From Selaginella moellendorffii (lineage: Eukaryota > Plantae > Lycopodiophyta), in assembly GCF_000143415.4 (NCBI RefSeq), contig NW_003314313.1:957430-1021429 (forward strand): a DNA stretch of 64,000 nucleotides, given 5' to 3'. This document shows positions 38,045 to 49,500 of this stretch, one piece after another. Numbering within the stretch: position 1 is the first letter of the stretch; each line of letters starts with the position of its first letter. The position numbers were made by a program, and so were the translations under genes. The notes below the pieces were generated by a model. The model did no database searches. It saw only the letters and a list, made by a program, of their open reading frames with translations, and was not told where the DNA came from.

Positions 38045-38466
38045 GTTGGTGCACCGGCGTGGGGAGTCACGCCAGGCATCTAGTGTGATGCCGTCCGTAG
38101 ATGCATATACGGAGGTTGGGTTCGAGTCCCGACCCTCTAGTGCTTGGGTTCGAGTCCCAAATCACTAGGGCGTGGTGATGGTTTGGAATATGAGGACACT
38201 CATATTTCGGTGGTCATGGACTCTCAGTGGGGAGACTGGTTTGGGCACACCGCCAAGCGAGGGATGCCTCGGAGTCGTGATGCACGGTTAGATTGCTTAG
38301 TGTGAAAGCTCAGCATATCTAACTTGAACACTTTGGTGCAAGTGGCACCGAGGTCGTGGTGAGTGAGATGGGGACACCTAATCTCAGTTGCTATGAACCC
38401 TTGGCCGTAAGGGCTAGCTTGGGTGCACCGCCAAGTGTGGGGGATGCCCCCGGGGTTATAGTCAAC
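38045..38466 (+). ncRNA. Candidate structured cis-RNA domain in the E-family interior
   Basis: More than ten consecutive stem-loops, two tRNA T-arm-like hairpins and two covarying copies of a four-stem motif. Conserved in E2 (rc ~43783-44206). Transcription is not shown. Confidence 0.5.
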
Positions 38467-39861
38467 AACTTGGAGGTCTAGAAGACCAAGTACCTCTTGG
38501 CAACTCTGTTAAGGTGCCAAGGTGAGATCACTAGGTGATCTTATGGCCAGAAAAGGACAAGGTCCTTGGTTGGCTAAGGAATGAAGTTCCTGGTTCAAAA
38601 TGTTGAAATTGAACTGTTTAAGGTGGTGTGGCTTGGTCGTGATAACCAAGTGGGAAGAGCACCTAAGGGAAATAAACTATGTCCGTGCGATGGCATAGTG
38701 AGTCCGAAGAAAGTAGTCTCTATAAAAGACCCATGGGAGGGTCACGAAGTTGGGCCATGGATAGAGCCCATAGCAGAAGATGCTAAAGAGACGTACTAGG
38801 GGTGAACATCCTCCGGACTTGGCAAAGAAGAGTCTTTGCTATGGAACCGAAAGGAAACCTCAAAAATGGAGGTAGCGATCCTATGTTGCTTGGTGCAACA
38901 ATCCAAGGATAGGAGCAAAAGATGAGTGCCCAAGATAGGGCCGTGGAATCCATTGGAAAGAATCCAAGTGGCAAAGTTAGCCAAGGAACACTAAGGCGGT
39001 TGATGCTAACGGATTGCGGAAAAAGAAGTGGAATTCCAAGGATGGATTCCCAAGTGCTCCAATTTGGTGAAGGAAAGGCTCCAAGTGAGGGAGCAACTAA
39101 GTAGCCAAAAGATAGGGCCGTGGACAGCCCTAGCACAAATAATGATAAATGGAACGTAATGCCAATGGTGGCACAAAAATAGAAAAGAGGATGAGGGTGC
39201 CCTCGAGTAGAGAACTTCCTAGGAGGGGAAGTGGAGTTGCACAAAATGTGCAAGGCAAGGTGTCAGAGACACCTAGAAAATTGACTTCGAGAAGTCAAAA
39301 GTAAACGTTCCAAAGTGCAAAGGTAGATCAATGGAATCTGTGACTACTCAAGAATGAGTAGTGGAATTGAGTTAGAGAGGGTGCCTCTAACGGGTTTAGC
39401 GAGAACTAAACCAATAAACGGAAAGAACCACCCCAAGTGGTCCAACCAGTTTCTAAGTTGGAGAGACTATCTTCCTTAGAGGATGGACAAGGCATGGTGA
39501 GCCTTCGGGGTAAAACCATAGACAAATATTGGCCGGGTGCCAAGGATGGGAATGGTAATACCTGCGAGTGTTACTTTATAAAAGGGTTTACCGTTCGATG
39601 AGGACATCGAACTTCGTCTATGGGTGGTGGAGTTGTGAGACACAAAATCCCTAGGCCCCAAAGTGGAGCCGGAAGGGCGCCACATGGTAGTGGCCGAAGC
39701 GAGAGCCAAACGAGCGTAACACGTTTGGACCAAAAGCTCCGACTTGAAAAGTCAAGAGCGGGAGTGGAACTCCCAACGAAGTGCTCAAGGAACGAGCACG
39801 AAGCGAGCAAAAGGCGAGGCTCCAAAAAGGGACCCAAAAGGACCAACACATGACACGTGGG

Positions 39862-40538
39862 AGTGTCCGAGATGGACTCGAGTTGGAGTCCGAAGTGGAG
39901 TCCGAGATGGACCCGAGTTGGAGTCCGAAATGGAGTCCGAGATGGACCCGAGATGGAGTCCGAGATGGAGTCCGAAGTGGAGTCCGAGGTGGACCCGAGA
40001 TGGACCCGAGTTGGAGTCCGAAGTGGAGTCCGAGATGGACCTGAGATGGAGTCCGAGATGGAGTCCGAAGTGGAGTCCGAGGTGGACCCGAGATGGACCC
40101 GAGTTGGAGTCCGAAGTGGAGTCCGAGATGGACCCGAGATGGAGTCCGAGATGGAGTCCGAGATGGAGTCCGAGGTGGACCCGAGATGGACCCGAGTTGG
40201 AGTCCAAAGTGGAGTCCGAGATGGACCCGAGATGGAGTCCGAGATGGAGTCCGAGATGGAGTCCGAGGTGGACCCGAGATGGACCCGAAATGGAGTCCGA
40301 GATGGAGTCCGAGATGGACCCGAGATGGACCCGAGATGGAGTCCGAGATGGAGTCCGAGATGGAGTCCGAGATGGAGTCCGAAGTCGAGACCGAGACCGG
40401 GACCGAGACCGAGACCGAGACCGAGATCGGGAATGAGACCGAGACCGAGGCCGAGGCCGAGCCCGAGCCCGAGCCCGAGTCCGAGTCCGAATCCGAGTCC
40501 GAGTCCGAGTCCGAGTCCGAGTCCGAGTCCGAGTCCGG
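39862..40538 (+). repeat. Second copy of the LTR minisatellite (E1 3' LTR)
   Basis: Same array as 33886-34562. Confidence 0.97.
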
Positions 40539-43500
40539 AGCCTGAGAGGGTGAAAGCCCAAAGCGTTCGTCTCCCAGACCCTGGGGGGTTTGGTGAGCTC
40601 CAAAAGTATAGTAAGGGGGAGGACTGCAGTGGAGCCAGTTTGGCCAGGAAAGGCCAGTTTGGCCCAGGAAGGCCGGACCCAGTGTTGGGTGATGAGCTGC
40701 CCACTGGGAAGTCCAAGACTAGAGTGAACACGGACCGACAAGCGGGGTAGCTTGGTGAAGTGTTCAAGAGCCGGCTCTAGTTCCCCCGGGAGATCGACTG
40801 GCCGATGCTCCCAGTCCAAGTGTGGGTGGCACTACCTACTTGGATACCAAGCGTGGCTCAATGGAACCTCGCTCTAAGCCCATGGCTAGAGCACCTAAAG
40901 GCGATAGGTGGGGAGAGTACCCAGGTGGCTCGCGTAAGGCCACGGTGTTCCGAAATGTTGTCCCAAAGGCCCAGACTGTGGAAAGGAAGAGGAGCAGTCC
41001 TCTGGGGTAGTGACCAAGGACACAGTCATGTGGTGAGGAAGTCCCAGAGGACCGTGGGACTTAGTGGTCGGGCCTGTGGGCCTCGATCCAGTGGCAGTGT
41101 TGGCAAACACGGCCAGGGGCAAAAAGGGACTTGGTAGGAACTGACAAAGGGACTTTGGGGAAGGCAATTCCCCAGGTCTGTGGGCATCCTAAGGATGCTA
41201 AGGAGTGGATCTAGGATGACCACTCGTGGACACATGGCCAAGTCTTGGAGAGACGAGGTGGTGATGCAAGTGGTGTTGAACCACTAGTGCAGCAAAGGTG
41301 AATGGGCATGGCCTTAGCGTAACGGGCCGAGATGTCAGTGGTACCTTTGGGTGTCGGTCTCGGGACCGGACACGTGGAGCACTTGGACCAGGTGCAAGTG
41401 TGGAGTGGCATGGATGCCATTCTTGGGGCTAGCAAGTCCCAAGTCCTGAATTGGACTGATGGAGGTTGTGAATGAGACTCCTCGAAGTGGTCAGAGGTGT
41501 GGTTAAGTGACTAAAGTAAAATGGAAAATTTAGTCGCTTACACGTAGGCCCACGGTATTCCGAAATGTTGTGCCAATGGTGGAAAGGAGGAGGAGCAATC
41601 CTCTAGTGTAGTGACTAAGGATACAGTCACATGGTGAGGAAGTCTTAGAGGACTATGGGACTTAGTGGTCGGGCCTGTGGGCCTTGATCTAGTGGCAGTG
41701 TCGGCGAACATGGCCATGGACAGAAAAGGGGTTTGGTATGAACTGATAAAGGGATATTGGGGAAGGCTATTCCCCATGTTTGTAGGCATCCTAAGGATGC
41801 TAAGGAGTAGATTTGGGTTGACCACTCGTGGACGGATGGCCCAGTCTTGGAGAGATGGGATTGTGATGCAAGTGGTATTGGGTCTGGCCTTTCCTAGCCA
41901 AACTAGCTCCACTGCAGTCCTCCCCCTTACTATACTTTTGGAGCTCACCAAACCCCCCAGGGTCTGGGAGACGAACGCTTTGGGCTTTCACCCTCTCAGA
42001 CTCGAACTCGGACTCGGAGTCGGAGTCGGACTCGAACTCGGACTCGAACTCAGACTCGGACTCGGGCTCGGGCTCGGTCTCGGTCTCGGTCCCGGTCTCG
42101 GTCCCGGTCTCGGTCGCGGTCTCGGTCCCGGTCTCGGTCTCGACCTCAGACTCCATCTTGGGTCCATCTCGGGTCCATCTCGGACTCCATCTCGGACTCC
42201 ATCTCAGACTCCATCTCGGGTCCATCTCGGACTCCATCTCAAGTCCATCTTGGACTCCATCTCAGACTCCATCTCGGGTCCATCTCGGACTCCATCTCAA
42301 GTCCATCTCGGACTCCATCTCAGACTCCATCTCAGGTCCATCTCGGACTCTGCCATGTGTCATGTGTTGGTCCTCTTGTGTCCCTTTTCTAGAGACTCAC
42401 TTATTGCTTGCTTCGTGCTTGTTCCTTGAGCACTTCGTTGGGAGTTCCACTCCCACTCTCGACCTTTCAAGTCGGAGCTTTTAGTCCAAATGTGTTACGT
42501 TCGTTTGGTTTTCGCTTCAGCCACTACCACATGGCACCCTTCACTTTGGGGCCTAGGGATTTTGTGTCTCACAACTCCACCACCCATAGACAAAGTTCGA
42601 TGTCCTCATCGAATGGCAAGCCCTTTTATAAAGTAACACCCGCATGTATTACCATTTCCATCCTTGGCACCCAGCCAATATTTGTCTATGGTTTGACACC
42701 AAAGGCTCACCATGCCTTGTCCATTCTCTAAGGAGTATAGTCTCTCTAACATAGAGACTCACTCGACCACCTGGGGTGGTTTGCTCCCTTTTATTGGTTC
42801 AGTTCCCACTAAACCTATTAGAGACACCCTCTCTAACTCAATTCCACTACTCATTTTCGAGTAGTCTCAGATTCCATTGACATAACCTTTGCACTTGGAA
42901 CTTTTAATTTTGACTTCTCAGAGTCAATTTCCTAGGTGTCTCCAACACCTTATGTTGCACATGGTGCAACTCCACTTCCCTATCCTATGAAGTTTTTTAC
43001 TTGAGGGTACCATCATCCTCTCTTCGATATTATGCCACCTTTTGCACTAAGTTCTAGTTATCATAATTGGTGCTAGGGTTGCCCACGGCCCTATTATTTG
43101 GCTACCTTACCACTCCCCCCTTTGGAGCATCCACTTTCGCCAAATCGGAACAGTTGGGAATCCATCCTTGGGGAAACATTGCCTTTTCCACAATCCGTTA
43201 GCACCCAACACGTTAGTGTTTTCAACTTAACTTTGCCATTTGGTTTCTTTCCCATGATTCTCATGGCTCTTTTCTTAGCCATTAGTCTTTTGCTCCTATC
43301 TTTGATTGTTTTCTTAGCCACTAGTCTTTTGCTCCTATCCTTGATTGTTGCACCCAGCAACATAGGATCGCTACCTCTATTTTTGAGGTTTCCTTTCGGT
43401 TCCATAGCAAACACTTTGCTTTGCCAAGTCTAGAGGGTGTTCACCCCTAGTACGTCTTTTTAACATTTTCTGTTGTGGGCTCTATTCATGGCCCAACTTT

Positions 43501-46500
43501 TTGAGACCCTCCCTTGATCTTTTATAGAGACTACTTTCCTTGGATTTACTATGCTATAGCATTGACATAGCTCATTTCTTTTAGGTGTTCTTCCCACTTG
43601 GTCACCTTGACCAAGCCACACCTTTATCAATAGTTCAAATCAACACTTTGAACTGAGAATCACATTTCTTAACCTAAACAAAGACCTTGTCCTTGTTTAG
43701 CCACAAGATCACCTAGTGATCTCATCTTGACCCCTTAATAGGTCTATCAATAGGAACTAAGTCTTCCAGACCCTTCTAAGTTGTTGACTATGACCCCGGG
43801 GGCATCCCCCACACTTGGCGGTGCACCCAAGCCAGCCCTTCCAGCCAAGGATCCATAGCAATTGAGATTTAGGTGTCCCCATCTCATTCACCACATCCTT
43901 AGTGCCCTTTGCACCAAAGTGTTCAAGTTAGATATACCGAGCTTTCACTCTAAGCAATCTAACCGTGCATCACGACTCCGGGGCATCCCCTGTTTGGCGG
44001 TGTGCCCAAGCCAATCTCCTCATTGAGAGTCCATGACCACCGAAATATGAGTGTCCTCATATTCCAAACCATCACTACACCCTAGTGATTTGGGACTCGA
44101 ACCCAAGCACTAGAGGGTTGGGACTCGAACCCAACCTCCGTATATGCATCTACAGACGGCATCACCCTAGATGCCTGACGTGACTCCCCACACCGGTGCA
44201 CCAACTTATACTTGAAGTGCGCTATAGATCACAACTTAGGAACCTAGTTCCCCCGCACTGCCAAGTCCTCTCACTTAACAAGTCTGTGATCATACATGGA
44301 CTCTTCCATGCTCGGCCCCATGGGCCACCCCTTTTGAAGTTAGCACCTTCAACTAGGGGATTTGTCCCCCTGACTTGCCAATCTCACTTAGCAAGTCATC
44401 TGGCCACCGTAACATGGTTCATGCATAAGCGTGAAAGTCCTTAACCATTGACTTTTGTTCAAAGCCCTCTCTTTGAACACTCGGGAACTACTTCCCCAAC
44501 CTTGATAGCCTCGCCTCATGGCCAGCTTCAAGACCACGCTTCTACTGTGCCACTCTGATTTTGCGCACTCTAGGAACCATTTACACTTGGCCTTTCTAGG
44601 TACTAAACTACCTAGAATCGTCTTTAGGAACTTGAAGGGATTCTATCCCTTAGCTTGCTAAGGCCTCTCCTTTTGCAAGCTTTCCAATTGCTATATAGTC
44701 TAGCATGGACAATTCCATGCTTTAGACTCTTCATGGCACCATAGTTGCTAGTAACAATACACTCGAGCGCCCACTTGATTCTCCACTCCCAACTGACATA
44801 ACTACCCTTGGTTATGCTCTTTGATTCCTATGGTTTGGTTCTATCCCTTTACTACTTACTTTTGGCCTCACACATTTCCTTCAGTTATTCGCCTTCAAAC
44901 TAGAAGGGTAGCTTTGCACTTTCTACCATACCTTAGCAAGTATTCTTAGGGATGAACTTACCCGACAGCTTAGGGAGTGGTTCCTCAATCTAGGTATGCT
45001 CACTTTATAATCCCACACACCAGGATTAACGTTGCTACATATGAGCCTTTATATGCCCATCACTAGCCCTGCCAAAATTCCATTTTTGCTTTTATCTGAT
45101 TCGGATAGACAGACTCTTTCCATCTTTGCAACCTTGGACATTTGGATAGCACCTTCTATCCATCACTCAATAGGGACTTAATCCCTTGGGCATTATCTAT
45201 TGCCTTTGCGACATCAAACACCACCTCCAGGTGTTCTAAAGTGTTTGGGTGTCTCAATGATGGCCTCTTTGACAATGAGCATTCCCCTTTTCAACATTGA
45301 CGTATTATATCGCAATATAAGCAATTTATCTCCTATAAGGGTATATCTAACTTCTTTATGCCATTAAGAAATCTTGGGTAGCTACCTTCTACCAGTTTAA
45401 CAAATTATTTTGCACCTTTTGCTTAGTTGCCTCATAGTTGTCAAGTCTTACAACTCATTGCTTGGTGCTTCCACATCTCCATCATTATCTGGGTCACCAC
45501 ACTCCAACCACATGCCTTCCAGCTTAGGCCATGCCATTACCATTTCCATTGGGATTCCTTTGGAAGGGGTTCTCATGAACCTGCCAACTTGACCTCAAGG
45601 CAGCATGCCTTGGCACATTCGGTGTTTTCACACTATCAGCTCCACGAGCCTACCTCTATGATACTTCTTACTTGTGTCTAGGTCTTTGCCAAAGACCAAT
45701 ATGGTTGTCTCTTATGCCAACTATCAGTTAGCACTACACTATAGTGTTCACACACAACTTTATGCCAAAGTTGCTTTCTTTTGGGGAACACTTTTCCCAC
45801 GATTTTAGTATGGCACATTTTGCCATCGATGAGATACCCTTTGTTCTCATACTTGGATCCTATGATCCCCCCCATCCTTTGTAGGGTACAACACACCTCA
45901 GTCTAAATGCTTCCATCAATCCTTTAGGATTATTCTTTGACTCTATTTGAATCATCCAGCTTTTTGGATTTTATCATCCGACGACCCGTGAGGTCCTACC
46001 TTTGAGGTGCTAGCTCACTGGAAACAACTTCTTGTATTCAGGTCCTACTCACAAGGACCATCTTTGCAAGTGTTACTTCGACATTTGATTTGTTCTCTTA
46101 GGGCAACCTTTTGCCCCTTAGGACCACTTGTCCATGTAATGAGAATACCAACTCATCCTCTGAGTACACCCCCAACTCCTTGGGTTGTTCCAGCATTTAT
46201 TAGAGGTAGCCCTGGCTACCATTTCAAGGACTTGTGTCCTCTTCTGTATTTGACCTCCCATGGTCATCAATTCCGATCTCAAAGTTATGAGCACCAGCCT
46301 CAACTATATGAGGGTAATCTTGTGACTCCTTTATTGTTTTGGAGTTTGCATCTTTCCCGTGATCTCAACTATAGTTGTTTACCACAACTACATTAGCCCA
46401 TTTTCTGCATCAAACGCTCATCTGAATCACATCCTCAACTCTCTGAGGAAACACTTATACTGTTCCCAAGATCCCAAAGTCATTCCGTTACTAGCCCTTT

Positions 46501-49500
46501 TCCATCCACCACATCGTGCACAAGTTCACGCATGAACTTGAGTGGAGAGTTATGTCCTCTCGACATGCTACTCCTCGAGGATAAGTCCATATCTAGGACC
46601 TTCCAATTTCAATACAAGTGGTGATATACTTAGCCACCAATAAGATTCGGACTAAGGAACAGCTCTGATACCAAGTTGTAAGCAACTAATTTTTCTATTC
46701 TACTTTAGTCATTTAACCACACCTCCAACCACTTAGAGGAGTCTCACTCACAACCTCCGTAAGTCTTATTTTGGACTTAGGGACTTGCTAGCCCCAAGAA
46801 TGGCATCCATGCCACTCAACAATTGCACTTGGTCTAATTGCTCCATGTGTCCGATCCCATGACCAACACCCAAGGTACCACCAACATACCAGTCCGTTAT
46901 GCTAGGCCATGCCCATTCACTTTGGTCACATCGGTGGTCCAACACCACCTACATTGCAATCCTGTCTCTCCAAGACTGGGCCTTCTGTCCATGGGTGGTC
47001 ATCCTAGATCCACTCCTTAGCATCCTTAGGATGCCCACAGACATGTTCTCCAACATCCCTTTGTCAGTTCCTGCCAAGTCCCTTCTTCCGTCCATGGCCA
47101 TGTTCGCCAACATTGCCACTAGATCAAGGCTCGTAGGCCTAGCCACTAAGTTCCATTGTCCTCTAGGACTTCCTCACCATGTGACCGTATCCGTAGTCAC
47201 TACACTAGAGGACTGCTCCTCCTCCTTTCCCCCATTTGGGACTTCGGGACAACATTTCGGAACACCTGTGGATACTCTCCCCACCTTCTGCCTTTAGGTG
47301 CTCTAGCCATGGGCTTAGAGCGAGGTTCCATTGAGCCACACTAGGTATCCAAGTAGGTAGTGCCACCCACACTTGGACTGGGAGCATCGGCCAGTCGATC
47401 TCCCGGGGGAACTAGAGCCGGCTCTTGAACACTTCACCAAGCTACCCCGCTTGTCGATCTGTGTTCACTCTAGTCTTGGACTTCCCAATAGGCAACTCAT
47501 CACCCAACACTGGGTATAGCCTTTCTAGGCCAAACTGGCTCCATTGCTGTCCTCCGCCCTACTATACTTTTGGAGCTCACCAAACCCCCTAGGGTTTGGG
47601 AGACGAATGCTTTGGGCTTTCACCCTCTTGGACTCAGACTTGGACTTGGACTCGGCCTCGGCCTCGGTCTTGGTCCCAGTTCCAGTCTCAGTCTTAGTCT
47701 CGGTCTCGGTCCCGATCTCAGTCCCAGTCTCGGTCTCCATCTCAGGTCCTTCTCAGACTCCATCTTAGATTCCATCTCGGGTCCATCTTGGACTCCATCT
47801 CAGACTCTATCTCGGTCCATCTTGGACTCCATCTCGGACTCCATCTTGGGTCCATCTCGGACTCCATCTCGGGTCCATCTCAGGCTCCATCTCAAACTCC
47901 ATCTTGGGTCCATTTCGGACTCCATCTTGGGTCCATCTTAGACTCCATCTCGGACTCCATCTTGGGTCCATCTCGGGTCCATCTCGAACTCCATCTCGGA
48001 CTCCATCACAAACTCCATCTCGGGTCTATCTCGGACTCCATCTCAGACTCCATCTCAAGTCCATCTCGGACTCCATCTCGGGTCCATCTTGGACTCTGCC
48101 ACATGTCATGTGTTGGTCCTCTTGTGTCCCTTTTCTAGAGACTCACTTATTGCTTGCTTCATGCTTGTTCCTTGAGCACTTCGTTGGGAGTTCCACTCCT
48201 GCTCTTGACTTTTCAAGTCGAAACTTTTAATCCAAACATGTTAAGCTCGTTTGGTTTTCGCTTCAGCCACTACCACATGGCACCCTTCCGGCTCCACTTT
48301 GGGGCCTAGGGATTTTATTGATATTGGTGGTTTCTGTACTCTAATACTAGTTTATCAAATGATAACTTGCTTAGGATACTTTTATGTTCTAATATATTTA
48401 GTCACTGATAATTAAGTCTCTATGGTATCATTGTCTATGACTTTGATATTATCCATCTATTGATCTTTGAGTTTGGGCCAATATAGGCAGACTAGCTTCG
48501 GCACTTCGTGAAATCTTTAGTCATGGGGTAGCTATTGTTAACTAGTCACATCACTTGCCTCTTTGTTGATGTTCCTTATTCGATTATAAAGGGTGTGACT
48601 GTGTAAACAACTCTAACTGCTTATTTACAATAGTCTATCTAAACCTTACTGACAGGTTTGGTTTCTTTGCTCATAAGGGTTAGGGCCTCTGACTTTTCTC
48701 TCTATGTCCCTACAAGCAAGGGCGTATCACACTTTTGTAAGTTGGGTGACACCCAGAGCAGCAAGGGTGGCTGACTGTATTGGTCATTTCTTTGTCAGTG
48801 ACAGCCAAAAGGTAGCGCATCCGTGTTAGACAAAGAGGTTACCCTAACTCATTTAAGTTGGTGCATTTATCACATAGTGTGATCACTGTGAACTTTTTCT
48901 AAAGTTGTTTCCTTGCCAATGGTCTAGACTGGAGTATGCATCGACGAGGATGTCAATTTTCTCTAAAGGGGGGAGAGTGTTATGAATATGACTTTGGGTA
49001 TCGAAAGTTACTTGTTAGTTGTCCTTTCAGATATTCTTTCCTTACTACCACAATGGAAGGAGGTCGGTATTGCTGGGACCCTTTATCAATCCCTCTTGTT
49101 AAAGTGTTAGTAAGTTGGACTTTGCATCTATACTTGGCTGGATGAGCATAAGGACAAATTCCTAAATGTCTATTTAGCCAAGTATATTTGGCCCGACTTG
49201 TTAGTTCTCTTTTGCTTTGTCTTGCACTGGCTTGACAAAAAACTTTGCGTATTGAAACTAGTCCCTCAATATCACTGGATGATAGTTTACCGTGTCTGCT
49301 AAACACCCTCACTATCATGCCCTTTGTGTTAGTCTCATTTTAGTCCCAAATGCTATTTATGGAAAGTGTCTAGATTTGTTTATCTATGAAATGTAGAGAT
49401 TGTCCTAAACACAATGGTGTTCATCCCGTGTCCAAATCCGCAATCTAAGGACATTCCATATTTAATAAGTTTGGAGTTTGTCCCAGAGACTAACTCTTGG

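Larger units (their letters stand above)
33658..41542 (+). mobile_element. Element E1: young intact non-autonomous LTR element (LARD-like), 7885 bp
   Basis: 1909-bp LTRs 33658-35566 and 39634-41542, almost identical. TSD CGTAG, PBS TGGTATCGGAGC at 35570, PPT GGGTGGTGGAG at 39622-39632. The 4067-bp interior has no recognisable gag/pol ORF. Confidence 0.95.
33248..48316 (-). mobile_element. Element E2: older non-coding LTR element (LARD-like), interrupted by E1
   Basis: 5' LTR 46677-48316 (terminal ~10 bp lost), PBS rc GCTCTGATACCA at 46662-46673, interior 42574-46676, PPT rc ACTCCACCACCC at 42574. The 3' LTR (33248-42573) is split by E1 and has an internal inversion. Confidence 0.9.

Noticed and set aside
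38095-38170. tRNA genes or a tRNA-derived SINE
   Set aside because: Only T-arm-like hairpins are present; no D-arm/A-box spacing, acceptor stem or tail is recognisable.
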